A stretch of DNA of 64,000 nucleotides, from contig CAWBMV010000035.1 in assembly GCA_963789955.1 (NCBI GenBank), forward strand, positions 1 to 64,000. Direction: 5' to 3'. Of the stretch, positions 32,575 to 43,780 are shown piece after piece; positions within the stretch are counted from its first letter, which is position 1, and the number at the start of each line of letters is the position of its first letter. A model generated the notes under the pieces. It was given only the letters and a program-made list of their open reading frames with translations. It did no database searches and was not told where the DNA came from. The translations under genes and the position numbers were made by a program. Origin of the DNA: an uncultured Candidatus Rokubacteria bacterium (GTDB taxonomy: Bacteria > Methylomirabilota > Methylomirabilia > Rokubacteriales > CSP1-6).

Positions 32575-33863
32575 GTCTCTCCGACCGCTATGGCCTGACG
32601 CTCTCGACGACATCGGCCGACGCCGCCCGGCACTACCAGGACGGCATGGACCGGCTGCTCTCCTACGGCTTCGGCGCCGATCAGTCGTTCGCCGCGGCGG
32701 TCGCGGCCGACGAGGGATTCGCCCTCGGCCACGCGGGCGCGGCGCTCTTCTCACTCTTCCAGGGCGACGGCGCCTCGGCGAAGGCGTCGATCGAGCGGGC
32801 GCGCGGCCTGACGGCCGGGGTGACGCGGCGCGAGCGGCAGCACGTCGAGGCGCTCGCCGCGATCGCCGGCGGCGAATCGGCGCGCGGCCTGGCGCAGATC
32901 GAGGAGCACGTGAAGGAATTTCCGCGCGACGCGCTGCTCGTCAACCAGGCGGGCAGCACCATCGGGCTCGGCGGCCGCGCCGATCGCGAGGCGCTGCGGG
33001 TCGGATTCATCGAAGGCCTGGCCCACGCCTACGGCGACGACTGGTGGTATCAGTCGGCGCTCGGCTTCACCTATCACGAGGTCGGACGCTACGAAGAATC
33101 GCGGCGGCTCTCCGAGCGCTCGCTCGCGCAGTACCAGGGCAACGCGAACGCCAGCCACAACATCGCCCACGTCTGCTACGAGACCGTCGACAACGAGGGC
33201 GGGATCGCGATGCTCTCGGACTGGCTCGGCGGCTACGACCGGCGCGCGCCGTTCCATTGCCACCTGGCCTGGCACGTGGCGCTCTTCGAGCTTCAGTGCG
33301 GCCGGCCCGAGCGCGCGCTCACGATCTACGAGCGCGACATCGCGCCGTCCTCCAATCCGCGCCTGGCCATGATCGACGGCTCGGCGTTGCTGTGGCGCTT
33401 CGGGCTCTACGACTATCAGAAGGGGCCCCTGCCGTGGCGTCGGCTGGCCGACCTCGCGACCCGGGTCACACGCCCGGGCTTCATCTTCGGCGACGTCCAC
33501 GCCGCCCTCGCCTACGCGTCGGCCGGCGACGACGCGGCGCTATCGGCGCTGATCAGCGGCCTGGAAGCCCTGCACGCGAAGGGGCACCCGATCGCCGGCA
33601 TGGTGGCCCTGCCGCTGGTCAGAGGCGTCGCGGCCTACGTGGCCGGCGACTACGCCGGGGCTCTCGGCCTCATGGAGTCGGTCGACGGCGAGATCCACCG
33701 GGTGGGCGGTAGCCACGCCCAGTGGGAGCTGTTCGAAGAGACGATGGTGGTCTGCCTGCTGCGGCTCGGTCGCCTCGACCAGGCCCAGCGACTCATTCGC
33801 CGGCGCCTGGGCGTCCGCTCGTCGCCGCGCGATCTCGCCTGGCTCGATCAGACGACTCACTGA
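32571..33863 (+). CDS. Tetratricopeptide repeat protein (TTC38-like)
   Basis: PRDALL, HNIAHVCYE, HLAWHVAL, VGGSHAQ. Confidence 0.75.
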   Translation: MSLSDRYGLTLSTTSADAARHYQDGMDRLLSYGFGADQSFAAAVAADEGFALGHAGAALFSLFQGDGASAKASIERARGLTAGVTRRERQHVEALAAIAGGESARGLAQIEEHVKEFPRDALLVNQAGSTIGLGGRADREALRVGFIEGLAHAYGDDWWYQSALGFTYHEVGRYEESRRLSERSLAQYQGNANASHNIAHVCYETVDNEGGIAMLSDWLGGYDRRAPFHCHLAWHVALFELQCGRPERALTIYERDIAPSSNPRLAMIDGSALLWRFGLYDYQKGPLPWRRLADLATRVTRPGFIFGDVHAALAYASAGDDAALSALISGLEALHAKGHPIAGMVALPLVRGVAAYVAGDYAGALGLMESVDGEIHRVGGSHAQWELFEETMVVCLLRLGRLDQAQRLIRRRLGVRSSPRDLAWLDQTTH

Positions 33864-33987
33864 CCGGTACAACCTTGACCATGGTGATGCCGGACTGTCC
33901 AGTCAAAATAGTCAATCACTCGGCGTTCACGAGCGTGTCTCGCGCATAACTCGGCAATACGTCGTCGTTTCCGCAAACGATGACGCG

Positions 33988-34002
33988 TGGCATCCGATTT
34001 GC
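33988..34002 (+). promoter_or_regulatory. sigma54 (-24/-12) promoter motif
   Basis: TGGCATCCGATTTGC fits TGGCAC-N5-TTGC with exact GG-N10-GC spacing. Confidence 0.7.
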
Positions 34003-34023
34003 CACTCTCCCGGATCGTTCGCG

Positions 34024-34557
34024 ATGAGAGCAGAGAGCGCCCGGGTCCACATCCGCCACACACGAGGTACCGCGCTACCGCTGCATATGCCGCTTCGCCG
34101 CCTAGCGTTGTGCCTCGATTGCGAGGCATGCTTTGAAATCGGAATCTCGTCATGCCCCGCGTGTGGCGGAGATACCTGGGTGCTCCTCTCCAAGTTCCTC
34201 GACCAGGGGCCGCTGAAGGTCCTGCCCCAGTTCCATCCGTTCCCGAAGAGCTGGACGGCCGAGTCGAAGGGCCGTGACGAGGCCTCGGGACAGGCCGCCA
34301 AGCAGATCCTGGTCGTCGCGCGCGATCGCCAGAAGCTCTTCGAGTACGCGAAGCGAGCGTTTACAGGCAATTCCTCGGTCGAGGTCGTCCTCGATCGCCG
34401 GCGGGCCGAGCGGCGCAGCGGCGAACGGGCCAGCTCGCCGGATCGCCGCCGGGGTGATCGCCGACTCATGAACGAGATCGACAACCACCTCCGGGCCCTT
34501 GGCTGGGCGGTGGTTCGCCTCGACGTCTTCCGGACGCTCGGGTTGACGAGACGGTAG
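34024..34557 (+). CDS. Hypothetical protein: Zn ribbon plus Arg-rich DRR/ERR domain
   Basis: CLDC-x10-CPAC; C-terminal domain shared with the gene at 60589; alternative start at 34087. Confidence 0.75.
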   Translation: MRAESARVHIRHTRGTALPLHMPLRRLALCLDCEACFEIGISSCPACGGDTWVLLSKFLDQGPLKVLPQFHPFPKSWTAESKGRDEASGQAAKQILVVARDRQKLFEYAKRAFTGNSSVEVVLDRRRAERRSGERASSPDRRRGDRRLMNEIDNHLRALGWAVVRLDVFRTLGLTRR

Positions 34558-34566
34558 GTAATTGAC

Positions 34567-34591
34567 ATGGGGGCCCCGAAATGGCCCCCAT
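34567..34591. repeat. REP-like GC-rich hairpin
   Basis: ATGGGGGCC-ccgaaat-GGCCCCCAT, perfect 9-bp stem. Confidence 0.6.
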
Positions 34592-34752
34592 ACCCCCTCG
34601 CTCGGCGTTTTTCTGACCTTGGTCGGTCTCCGTCGTTTCTGCGATCGCTACCCGACCGCTTGCTTCTGAGCTACCATTCCTGCCGTGGCCAGGCTGGCGG
34701 TCTGGCTTGTTCCTCTGGGTGGATCACGGCGCTTTCGGAAAGGAGCGGCGAG

Positions 34753-36449
34753 ATGACCTACGACCTGCTGATCAAGAATGGACGCGTCATCGACGGATCC
34801 GGGCGGCCCGCGTACCACGGTGACGTCGGTGTGGCGAAGGGCAAGATCGTCGAGCTCGGGCGTCTGAGCGGATCCGCGCGCCAGACGATCGAGGCCGACG
34901 GCCGGGTCGTCTCGCCGGGCTTCGTCGACAATCACTGCCACTACGACGCGCAGGTCGTGTGGGATCCCCTCTGCACCTACTCCTGCCACCACGGCTCCAC
35001 CACGGTGATCATCGGCAACTGCTCGCTCGCGCTGGCGCCCGTCAAGCCCGAGGCGCGCGAGAAGCTGGCGGGCATGCTCTCGTACGTCGAAGCCATCCCG
35101 ATGGACGTCCTGCAGGCCGGCGTGCCCTGGAACTGGGAGACGTTCCCTCAGTACATGAGCGCGATCGGCCAGCGGCTCGGCGTCAACGTCGGCACGCTCG
35201 TCGGCCATTCGGCCGTGCGGCTCTACGCCATGGGCGAGGAGTGCTCGGACCGCGACGCCACGCCGGACGAGCTCGAGACGATGCGCCGCCTGGTCCGCGA
35301 ATCGCTCGAGGCCGGCGCGCTGGGGCTCTCGATCACGCGGAACATGAATCACTTCGACATCGCGGGCAAACGCATTCCCGCGGCCTGCGCGCCGGAGTCG
35401 GAGCTGTTCGCGCTGGCCGACGTGCTGCGTGAGGTCGGCACGGGGGTGATGCAGTGCGGCGGCGGCACCAATCCCGAGCTGAAGGACAAGCTCCTGTCCC
35501 GCATCTCGGAAGCGTGCGGCCGGCCGATCATGTACAACACCCTGCTCGAGCAGGCCCGGCAGCCCGGGCGCTGGAAGGCGCACCTGGCGCACGTCGAGGA
35601 AACCGTGAAGCAGGGCATCCGCGCGATCCCGCTCTGCAACCCCGGCAGCGTCGTCAACCGGTTCACGATGAAGAACTGCCAGGTGTTCCGCAGCATGCCG
35701 ACGTGGCTGCCGATTCTGCAGGGCGCCGACGCCGACAAGCTTTCCGCGTACGCCAATCCGGCGATCCGCGCGAAGCTGCGCGAAGAGGTCGACGCGCCGC
35801 TCGGTCCGGACTCGACCTTCTCCAAGCGCTGGGACCTCATGTTCGTCGAAGAGCCCAAGCTCGCGAAGAATCGCGGGCTCGCGGGCAAGCACATCGCCGA
35901 GATCGCCCAGGCCAGGGCCAGCATCCGCTCGACGCGTTCCTCGATCTGGCCGTCGAGGAAAACCTGGAAACGGTGTACAGCCTGGGCGAGATCAACATGG
36001 ACACCGAGGCCGTCGCGCAGATCCTCGGCAGCCCGTACGCGGTGGTCGGACTCACCGACGGCGGCGCTCACGTGCAGTTCCACTCGAACGTCAGCAACCC
36101 GACCCGGCTGCTCGGCTACTGGGTGCGCGAGAAGCAGATCATGTCGCTCGAGCACGCCGTGCGGCGGCTGACGTACGACTCGGCCTCGGCGTTCGGCATC
36201 TACGACCGCGGCCTGGTGCAGCCGGGCATGGCGGCGGACCTGGTGGTCTTCGACCCGGACACCGTCGCGCCGGTCAAGGAAGACGTCGTGCACGATTTCC
36301 CGGCCAACGGCTGGCGGATGCGCGAGCTGGCCGAGGGCATCCACTACACGGTGGTCAACGGCGAGGTGCTGCTCGAGAAGGGCCAGCACACCGGAAGTCA
36401 TCCCGGGCGCGTGATCCGCAACGCTCGCTATCAGATGGCGGGCGCGTAG
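34753..36449 (+). CDS. N-acyl-D-amino-acid deacylase-like amidohydrolase; frameshift near 35915
   Basis: YDLLIKNGRVIDG, PGFVDNHCHYD, IGNC, DGGAH, DRGLVQPG. Confidence 0.88.
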
Positions 36450-36486
36450 CGCGGCGCTGGAATCGATCGAACACTTCTGATCATCG

Positions 36487-36513
36487 CGAGGGGCGGCGTC
36501 GAGCCGCCCCTCG
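36487..36513. terminator. Hairpin between convergent genes
   Basis: CGAGGGGCGGC-gtcga-GCCGCCCCTCG, 11-bp stem. Confidence 0.55.
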
Positions 36514-36555
36514 GTCTATTCGGGTGGTCGGATCGCGCGGGGCAGAGTCAGCGGG

Positions 36556-37870
36556 TTAGTCCGGCCGGAGCTCCCAGACCGTGCCGCCGGGCGTGTCGCG
36601 GAGCTCGATGCGCGCCGCGATCAATCGATCACGAACGCGGTCGGCCAGCTCGAACGCGCGCGCGGCCCGGAGCTCTCCGCGGAGCGTGATCAGGCTCTCG
36701 ACCAGCGGAGCCAGCAGCTCGCGCGGATCGCGCAGTCCGCCCGCCGCGGCCTCGCCGAGTCGTTGCACCAGCGAATGCAGGACGGCCCGCGCGCGGTCCG
36801 GATCGTCGGTCTGAAGCGTGTCGGCCGACCAGTCGCCGATGGCGCGGTCGAGATTCAGGATCGCCTCGGCGGCCTCGGGCGCCCGCCGCGCGGCGATCGC
36901 CGTCTCGAACGCCTGCTCGAGCCGGGTCGACCTCGGAGAGCAGCGGCGATCGCTGCGACGCCGGTGCGTTGGCGCTCGCCGGCGTCGCAGCGCGCCGCCG
37001 CGGCCGCGCCCTCCGTCGCACGCCGCGCCGTGTCCGCTTCGCCGCGAGCGGCGGCGAGCAGCTCATCCAGGCCGAGCTTCGTGCCCGCGGGAAACACGCG
37101 CGACCGGCCGCGACGGCGCACCGTGACGCCGCCGCGCCCCGAGACGGCGACCGTCTTCGCGTCGAGATCGGCCACCAGCACGGTGTGCTCGTCGATGCCG
37201 AGCACCCACGCATCGTCGGGGCAGCATGCCCTCCATCACCGCGAGCCGCCGCTCGCCGAGATAACAGAAGCGCGTGTCGTGCGTGCCGCCCTCGGCGTTG
37301 TCGTAGTGCGGGATGACCACGCACGAGCCCTCGAAGCCGGCCGCGCGCATGAGATCGAGCCCGTCGAGCCAGTGCACGGGATGACCGACCTTGTAGATCT
37401 CGTACACCGGAACGCTGAAGCGGCCGAGCGTCAGCGCCGCCGCGCTCGAGAACACGACCGCGCCGCCCTCGGCGAGCTTGGTGGTGAGCGCCTCGGGCAC
37501 CGGCGAGCTGCGCCAGACCGAGAGCGCGTACGACGGGCTGCCCGGCCCGGCGAACACGAAGCCGGCCGTGCGCAGCCGCGAGAGCGCGGCCGCCTCGGCG
37601 AGCGGGGCGTGATGGCCCTGGTCAGCCGCGAGCGGCCCGAGAATACCCGGCGGCTTCGATCGTCAGCTGCACGCGATGCGCGAAGTACTCGACCGCCCGC
37701 TCGGTGATCTCCGATGCGTTCTCCTGGAATCCGTAGGGCGTGTCGAGCAGGACCGCGCGCGGCGTCGGCTCGCCCAGGCGCGCGACGATCTCGCGGTGCG
37801 GCGTGACCATCGTGGGCGCGGTCTCGCCCGAGCCCATGATCGCGAGGATGCGCGGCGCGCGCGCGCTCAC
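36556..37870 (-). CDS. Peptidase S51/cyanophycinase-like domain fused to a CysRS-like C-terminal domain; several frameshifts
   Basis: IMGSGET, FAGPGSP, FSSAAA, PHYD, LGIDEHT; C-terminus RAARAFELADRVRDRL...ELRDTPGGTVW. Confidence 0.7.
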
Positions 37871-38755
37871 GCGAAGAATCCTTCGCGCAGCGCCTGCAGG
37901 AAGAGCTCCGCCACGCGCTCGGGAGACTCGAGGTGCAGATCGTGGTGGCCGGGCGAGAACCAGACCGAGCGGATCTGGCCGCCGGCCGCGAGCGCCGCCG
38001 CCTCGGCGCTGCGCTTGCGGGAGGTTCTCGAGCCGTCGCCGCTGTCGGCGAGCAGCAGCATCGTCGGCGCCTTCAAGGTCGCCCAGCGGGTCGAGGGGCG
38101 ATGCTCCCAGAGCGAGCGCAGGATCGAGAGATGCCGGCGGCGCTGCAGTCGCGGCTCGATCGTCCCGTCGGCGCGCGTGCGGAAGCAGTGCAGGTACGCG
38201 GCAACCGCGCGATCGGTGAAGTGCGGCACGCTCTTGCGAATCCGCGCCTCGAGCTCCGCCAGGGTGAGATGATCGAGCGCCGGCGGGGTCAGCGCCGCCA
38301 GGCACTCCTCCCACGAGGGATACGCCTGGGACAGCTCGATGACGCCGCCGTCGACGCAGGCGATGCCGCGCACGACATCCGGCCGGCGCCAGCCGAGCTC
38401 CAGCACCACGTTGCCGCCCCAGGACTGGCCGGCGAGGACCGGGCGCTCGAGCTCGAGCGTGCCGATCAGCGTGAGCAGGTCGGCGACCGCGGTGTCCAGG
38501 TCATAGCCGATGTCCGGCGCGTCGGAGAGGCCGTGGCCACGCTGATCGATCACGACCACCGTGTGGCCGGCGGCGTGGAGATGCTCGGCCACGCCGTCCC
38601 AGAGCCGCGCGTTGGACGCCAGACCGTGGACGAGCACGAAGGGGGCCGTCGCCCGATCGCCGAGCCCGCACCTCGACGTGCAGCTCGACACCCGGCGCGA
38701 CCACGACGCGCCGCTCGACCACCTTGGCCACCGACGATCTCGCTGGCTCCGTCAT
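37867..38755 (-). CDS. Alpha/beta fold hydrolase; frameshift near 38665
   Basis: LVHGLAS, DQRGHG, GQSWGG nucleophile elbow, GHHDLH. Confidence 0.88.
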
Positions 38756-38874
38756 GGCGCCAATCCTAGCATCGCTGGCGGCAGGCCGGGGCGCACGCCG
38801 GCGCGCCGGCGCGAACCGGCTCGACTCGCGCCAGATAGAATGGCCCTGACGAAGTCGTCCACGGGGAGGCGCGC

Positions 38875-39256
38875 ATGGCAGGCGGGATCGATCGACGGGT
38901 CTGGCCGGGGTGCTCATCTGGACGGAGGCCGATCGCTTCCCGGCGATGGCGCAGCTTCTACCGGGACACGCTCGGGCTCACGCCGCGCTCCTCGAAGTCG
39001 GATTTCATCAACTTCGACTGGAGCGGCGTTCGGCTGAGCGTGGGCGTGCACGACCGGGTCCGCGGGACGAGCCGCGAGCCGCTGCGGATCATGCTCAACC
39101 TGACCGTCGCCGACATCCGCGCCGTGCACCAGCGTCTGACTCGCGCCGGCGTCGTGCTTCAGTCGCGAGCCCGCGCGCGAGGAGTGGGGCGGGTGGGTCG
39201 CCACGTTCACCGATCCCGACGGCAACATCCTGCAGCTGATGCAGCTTCCGGCGTGA
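38875..39256 (+). CDS. VOC/glyoxalase family protein; multiple frameshifts
   Basis: FYRDTLGL, LTVADI, WGGWVATFTDPDGNILQL over successive frames. Confidence 0.75.
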
Positions 39257-39261
39257 TGCGT

Positions 39262-39787
39262 TCAGCGGTCCTCGCGTAACCGTCGCGAAGGCCGGCGGGT
39301 CGAGCCGAACACGCCCCGTCGAAGTGCGACGCGTACCATTCGTCGTCGAGGCTGCGCGATGCCGACACGCCGACCGGTCTGTCGTGGCGTGAATGAAGCG
39401 GCCGTCGCCGACGTAGATCCCGTTGTGGCGCCGGTGATCGAAGAAGACCAGGTCGCCCGGCTCGAGATCATCGCGCGCCGACCGGCGCGCCGAGCCGGTA
39501 CTGCTGGGCGGCGTTGTGCGGGAGCGCGACGCCCGACCTGCGCGTACACGTAGCGCACCAGACCCGAGCAGTCGAAGCCCGACGGGCTCGATCCGCCCCA
39601 GCGATACGGCGCGCCGACGTACTGCTTCGCGACGGCGACGACCGTCACGGCCGCGCGCGGCTTCGGCGAGCCGTGCGATCGATCGGGACCGGTACCGACA
39701 CCTTCGCGCATCCGGCGGACGACCGCCGAGATCGCCGACGAAAATGACAAAGCCTGCAATGCGTCCAATCATGGCCAATCCAATCAT
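39262..39787 (-). CDS. NlpC/P60 (C40) peptidase; frameshifted, ends approximate
   Basis: [39 protein letters not shown]. Confidence 0.8.
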
Positions 39788-39837
39788 GGGCCGAGCCCGA
39801 GTGCTCGGCGCGGGCCTCGACAGAAGGCCCGAGAGCG

Positions 39838-41119
39838 TCAAATCGCCAGCGCGCAGTTCACGCTGACCGGCGCCGGCGACCGGCCGGCGCAGATCGGGGA
39901 CCAGCTCCTCATAGACATCCACGAGCGCCCGCGCCACGGTCGGCCAGGCAAAGCTCTGCGCCCACCGGGCCGCGTGCCGGCCGAGCGTGCGCCGCCGCGG
40001 CCCGTCGGCCAGCAGCGACCCGATCGCCGAGGCGAGCGCGACGTCGTCGCGCGGTGGGACGAGCACGCCCGTGACGCCGTCCTGAATCGTGGTGGCGAGG
40101 CCGCCCACGCGCGAGGCGACGACCGTGGCGCCGCACGCCATGGCCTCGAGCGCCGCCATGCCGAACGATTCGTGATGCGACGGTACCAGACAGAGATCGG
40201 CCGCGCGGTAGTATTCCGGCAGCGCCGATTGCGGCTCGGGTCCCTTGAAGTCGACCCACCCGCCGACCCCGAGCCCGTCGGCCAGCGCGCGCAGGCGCGC
40301 GCGATCCTCGTTGCCCTCTTCGTTGCGATCGCCGCCCACGATCACCAGCCTCACGTCGGCGTGACCGAGCCCGTCGGCCTTCAAACGCGCGAGCGCCTGC
40401 AGCAGGACCTCGAGTCCCTTGATCGGAGCCGGCCGCCCCACGAACAGCAGCACCCACTCGGCGTGGAGCCCCAGGCGCTCGCGCGCCGCGACCGCGCTGC
40501 CCGGGCTGAAGAGCTCGACGTCGACTCCGCACGGAATCGTCCGCACCCGCTCGACGGCGGCCCCGCAGTACCAGGCGAGCTCGGCGCTCTCGAGCGGCGT
40601 CGCGGCGACGATGCGATCGGCGAGCGCCGCCACTTTCGCCTCGGCGTCGACGCGCGCCTGCGGCACCTGATCGCCGGGCTGATCGGCCAGCGCGTTCTTC
40701 ACGACGCCCAGGGTGTGGAACATCTGGACCACCGGGACGCCGCCGAAGCGTCGCGAGAGATCGACCGCGACCAGGCCGGACAGCCAGTAGTGGCCGTGCA
40801 GCAGCGCGTACTCGGCGCCGCTCCGGCGCTGGAAGGCCATCACGCCGTCGGTGAACTCGTCCAGATCGGTGACGATCTCGGGCGGCGGCACCGGCCGCTG
40901 CGGGCCGGCGTCGATGTGAACGACGCGCGCGCCCCAGCCGAGCGGCACGATCGTCGGCACGCCCGGCGTCTGCTTTCGCGTGAACACGTCGACCGCGAGC
41001 CCCAGCCGCCCGAGATGGCGCGCGACCTCGCGCACGTAGACGTTCATGCCGCCCGTCTCTTTGCCGCCGAGCGCGGCCAGGGGACAGGTATGAACGGAGA
41101 TGACGCCGATGCGCTTCAT
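39838..41119 (-). CDS. GT4 glycosyltransferase, MshA-like; 3' end approximate
   Basis: VHTCPLAALGGKETGGMNVYV, HYWLSG, FHTLG, ESFGMAALEAMACG. Confidence 0.85.
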
Positions 41120-42099
41120 GCGGCGAGCCCGGCCGCCCCGCGCAGCCGTTCGAGGACCGCGAGCAGGGTGATCGATGCGGCGCACGGTCGGCGCGGCACG
41201 TCGCCGCCGCGGACCACCGCATGAAAATGCTCGATCATCTCCCGATACGGATCGGCGCCGGCGGTCACGATGGTCTCGGCCCGGCCGTCGCGGTGGCGGA
41301 GCGTCATCGCGGTGTCCGCGGGCCCCGGCGTGTACGCGCGATCGAGGACGACCGACGCTTCCGTGCCGACGATCTCGAGAAATTGACGCTCGGGCGCGTC
41401 GAACGAGCACTCGATCGTCGCGGTGAATCCATCGCCGAAGTCGAGCCAGCCGGAGAACGACGCGTCGACACCCGACTTCGCGAGCGTGGCGGACGCTTCG
41501 ACTCGCGCGGGCGTGCGGCCCGCCGCCGCCAGGAGCGGCGCCAGACAATAGATGCCGACGTCGAGCAGCGCGCCTCCTCCCATCTCGGGACGCCAGCGAT
41601 GGTCGTCCGGGCGGTCGAGCACGCCCGTGAAGGCGGCCCGCGCGAAGCGCAGCGCCCCCAGGCGGCCCGACGCGACGAGCGTGTCGAGCGCGATCGCCCG
41701 GGGATGGAACGGCGTCATGTAGGCCTCGCACAGCGCGACCCCCGCGCCCTCGCACGCCGCCGCCATCGCCTCGGCATCGGCCACCGTCGGCGCCAGCGGC
41801 TTCTCGCAGAGCACGTGCTTGCCGGCGGCCGCGGCGCGGACGACCCACGCGCGATGCAGGCTGTTCGGCAGCGGCACGTAGACCGCCTCGACCTCGGGAT
41901 CGTCGAGCACGGCGTCGTAGGCTCGGTGGGCGCGCAGGGGCTCGAACCAGCCGGCGCCGCCGTCGGCGGCGCTCTCGCTCGCGACCGCGACGAGGCGCGC
42001 GCCCGGGCTCGCGACGATCGCGGGCAGCACCGCCTTCTGGGCGACCTGCGACGTGGCGCCGATCACACCCCAGCCGACCGGCAGCGCCGGGGCGGGCAC
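41116..42099 (-). CDS. Gfo/Idh/MocA family oxidoreductase
   Basis: WGVIGA, PLPNSLH, HVLCEKP, GGGALLDVGIY. Confidence 0.9.
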   Translation of the reverse strand: MPAPALPVGWGVIGATSQVAQKAVLPAIVASPGARLVAVASESAADGGAGWFEPLRAHRAYDAVLDDPEVEAVYVPLPNSLHRAWVVRAAAAGKHVLCEKPLAPTVADAEAMAAACEGAGVALCEAYMTPFHPRAIALDTLVASGRLGALRFARAAFTGVLDRPDDHRWRPEMGGGALLDVGIYCLAPLLAAAGRTPARVEASATLAKSGVDASFSGWLDFGDGFTATIECSFDAPERQFLEIVGTEASVVLDRAYTPGPADTAMTLRHRDGRAETIVTAGADPYREMIEHFHAVVRGGDVPRRPCAASITLLAVLERLRGAAGLAA

Positions 42100-42100
42100 G

Positions 42101-43774
42101 TCAGCTCCCGTCGTCCTCGATCACGACGGGCGCGCCGCCCGCGCGTGCTCGACCGCTGCGCGGCTTCGAGGACGCCGATGACGCGCCGGACCGACGCCGG
42201 GGTGATCGCGAGGGGCTCGCCGAGGTGGAGGTGATCGGCGAGGTTACGGTGAAAGGCGAACGGCTGATCGACGGCCGGCGGCAGCCGGGTCTCGCTGATC
42301 CCGTAGCCGCTCTCGTAGCGCGCCAGCACCAGCTCGGCCGGCGCCTCGGCGTGATGCGGCTGCGTGGCCACGTAGCCGCGGCCGGGCTCGATCGCCTCGA
42401 GCGTGATCGTGCGGTACGAGCCGACGAGCGTGCCGGCGGTGCCTTGCACGTAGAACTTGGGCCGGCGCACCGCGGCGATGTCGCTCTGAAGGAACTCGGC
42501 CTCGCGACCGTCGGGCCATATCATGCGGACCCGAATCTGATCGTGATTGGTCACGTCGTGCCAGACGCGCTTGTGACCGTGCGCCTGCACGACGCGCGGC
42601 GCGCCCCGAGATGAGCTGGAGCACCCAGTCGACGTGGTGCGAGCCCCAGTCGTAGCCGGCGCCGCCGGAGACCGCGGTGTCCGAGTGCCACGTGCGGCAG
42701 GGATGGGCGTAGCCGCCCACGAAGGTCTCGACGTTGAAGATCTCGCCGAGGAGCCCGGCGCCGACGGCGCGGCGCAGCGCGACGAAGTCGGGATCCCACC
42801 GCCGGTTCTGGTGGACCGTCAGCATGCGCCGGCTCGACGCCGCGGTGGCGATGATCTGGTCCGCCTCCGCGACCGTCAGGCAGAGCGGCTTCTCGCAGGC
42901 CACGTGCTTGCCCGCGCGCAGCAAGGTGAGGGTCAGCGCGACGTGGTGCGCCGGCGGCGTCGCGACCAGCGCCACCTCGACGTCGTCGTCGCTGACGAGC
43001 TCGCTCACCGACGCGTACGTCCGCACGCCCGGGAAGTCCGTCTCGGCGGCCTTGCGCCGCTCGACGTTCGGATCGACCACGGCGACGAGCTCGAGCCCGT
43101 CGGTCGCCGTCACCCCGAGCCCGTGGTGATAGCCCATGCCGCCGAGCGGGCCGTAGCCGACGATGCCCACGCCGATGTTGCGCCCGCAGCAGTGCAAGTC
43201 GGGACGCAGCGCGCGCCCGAGCAGCTGGGCGAGCTCGGGGTTGCCGCAGCGCCGCGTCGGTGTTCCCGAGCCCGCACGCCACCACGCGGCCGGCGCCGCG
43301 AGACGTCTCGACCACGGCGGCGAGGTCACGCAGCGCGACGCTCACGTCGACGATGACCTTGCCGTCCGCGATCGGGATCAGCGGCACGAACCCGTCGACG
43401 AGCGCGAACTCGCGCGTGACGCGGGCCGAGATGTGGGAGTGTGCGTCCGTGACCCTCGCGTAGTACTCGCCCGGCGGCGGCTCCGGACCCGCCACCGCGC
43501 CGAGCAGCTCAGCCCAGAAGCCGTCGCGCTCGACCGGCGCGCCGCCGATCGCGACCAGTGCCATGCCGCGCTCGACCGCCGCACGGATCGCGGCGAGGAA
43601 TTGCAAGGGCTGGGCGGGCTGCGGCCCGTCCACGACGATCGCGTCGCATTCGGACATGTCCGGCGCCGGATCGCCGGGCGTGACGAATTGGGGCTCGCCG
43701 AGCTCTCGCGTCAGAGCCCGGAACGCGGCGCGACGATTCTCCGTGAGACGCGAGGACAGGACCAGGATGTGCAT
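42101..43774 (-). CDS. ThuA-like N-terminal domain plus Gfo/Idh/MocA oxidoreductase; frameshifts near 43245, 42605 and 42130
   Basis: GAGRVVACGLG; VGIVGYG, CEKP, HQNRRWD, YDWGSH. Confidence 0.75.
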
Positions 43775-43780
43775 GGCGGC

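Noticed and set aside
39095..41848. 917-aa ORF suggesting a giant glycosyltransferase fusion
   Set aside because: Flanking parts are off-frame read-through of neighbouring genes; only about 39838-41119 is the GT4
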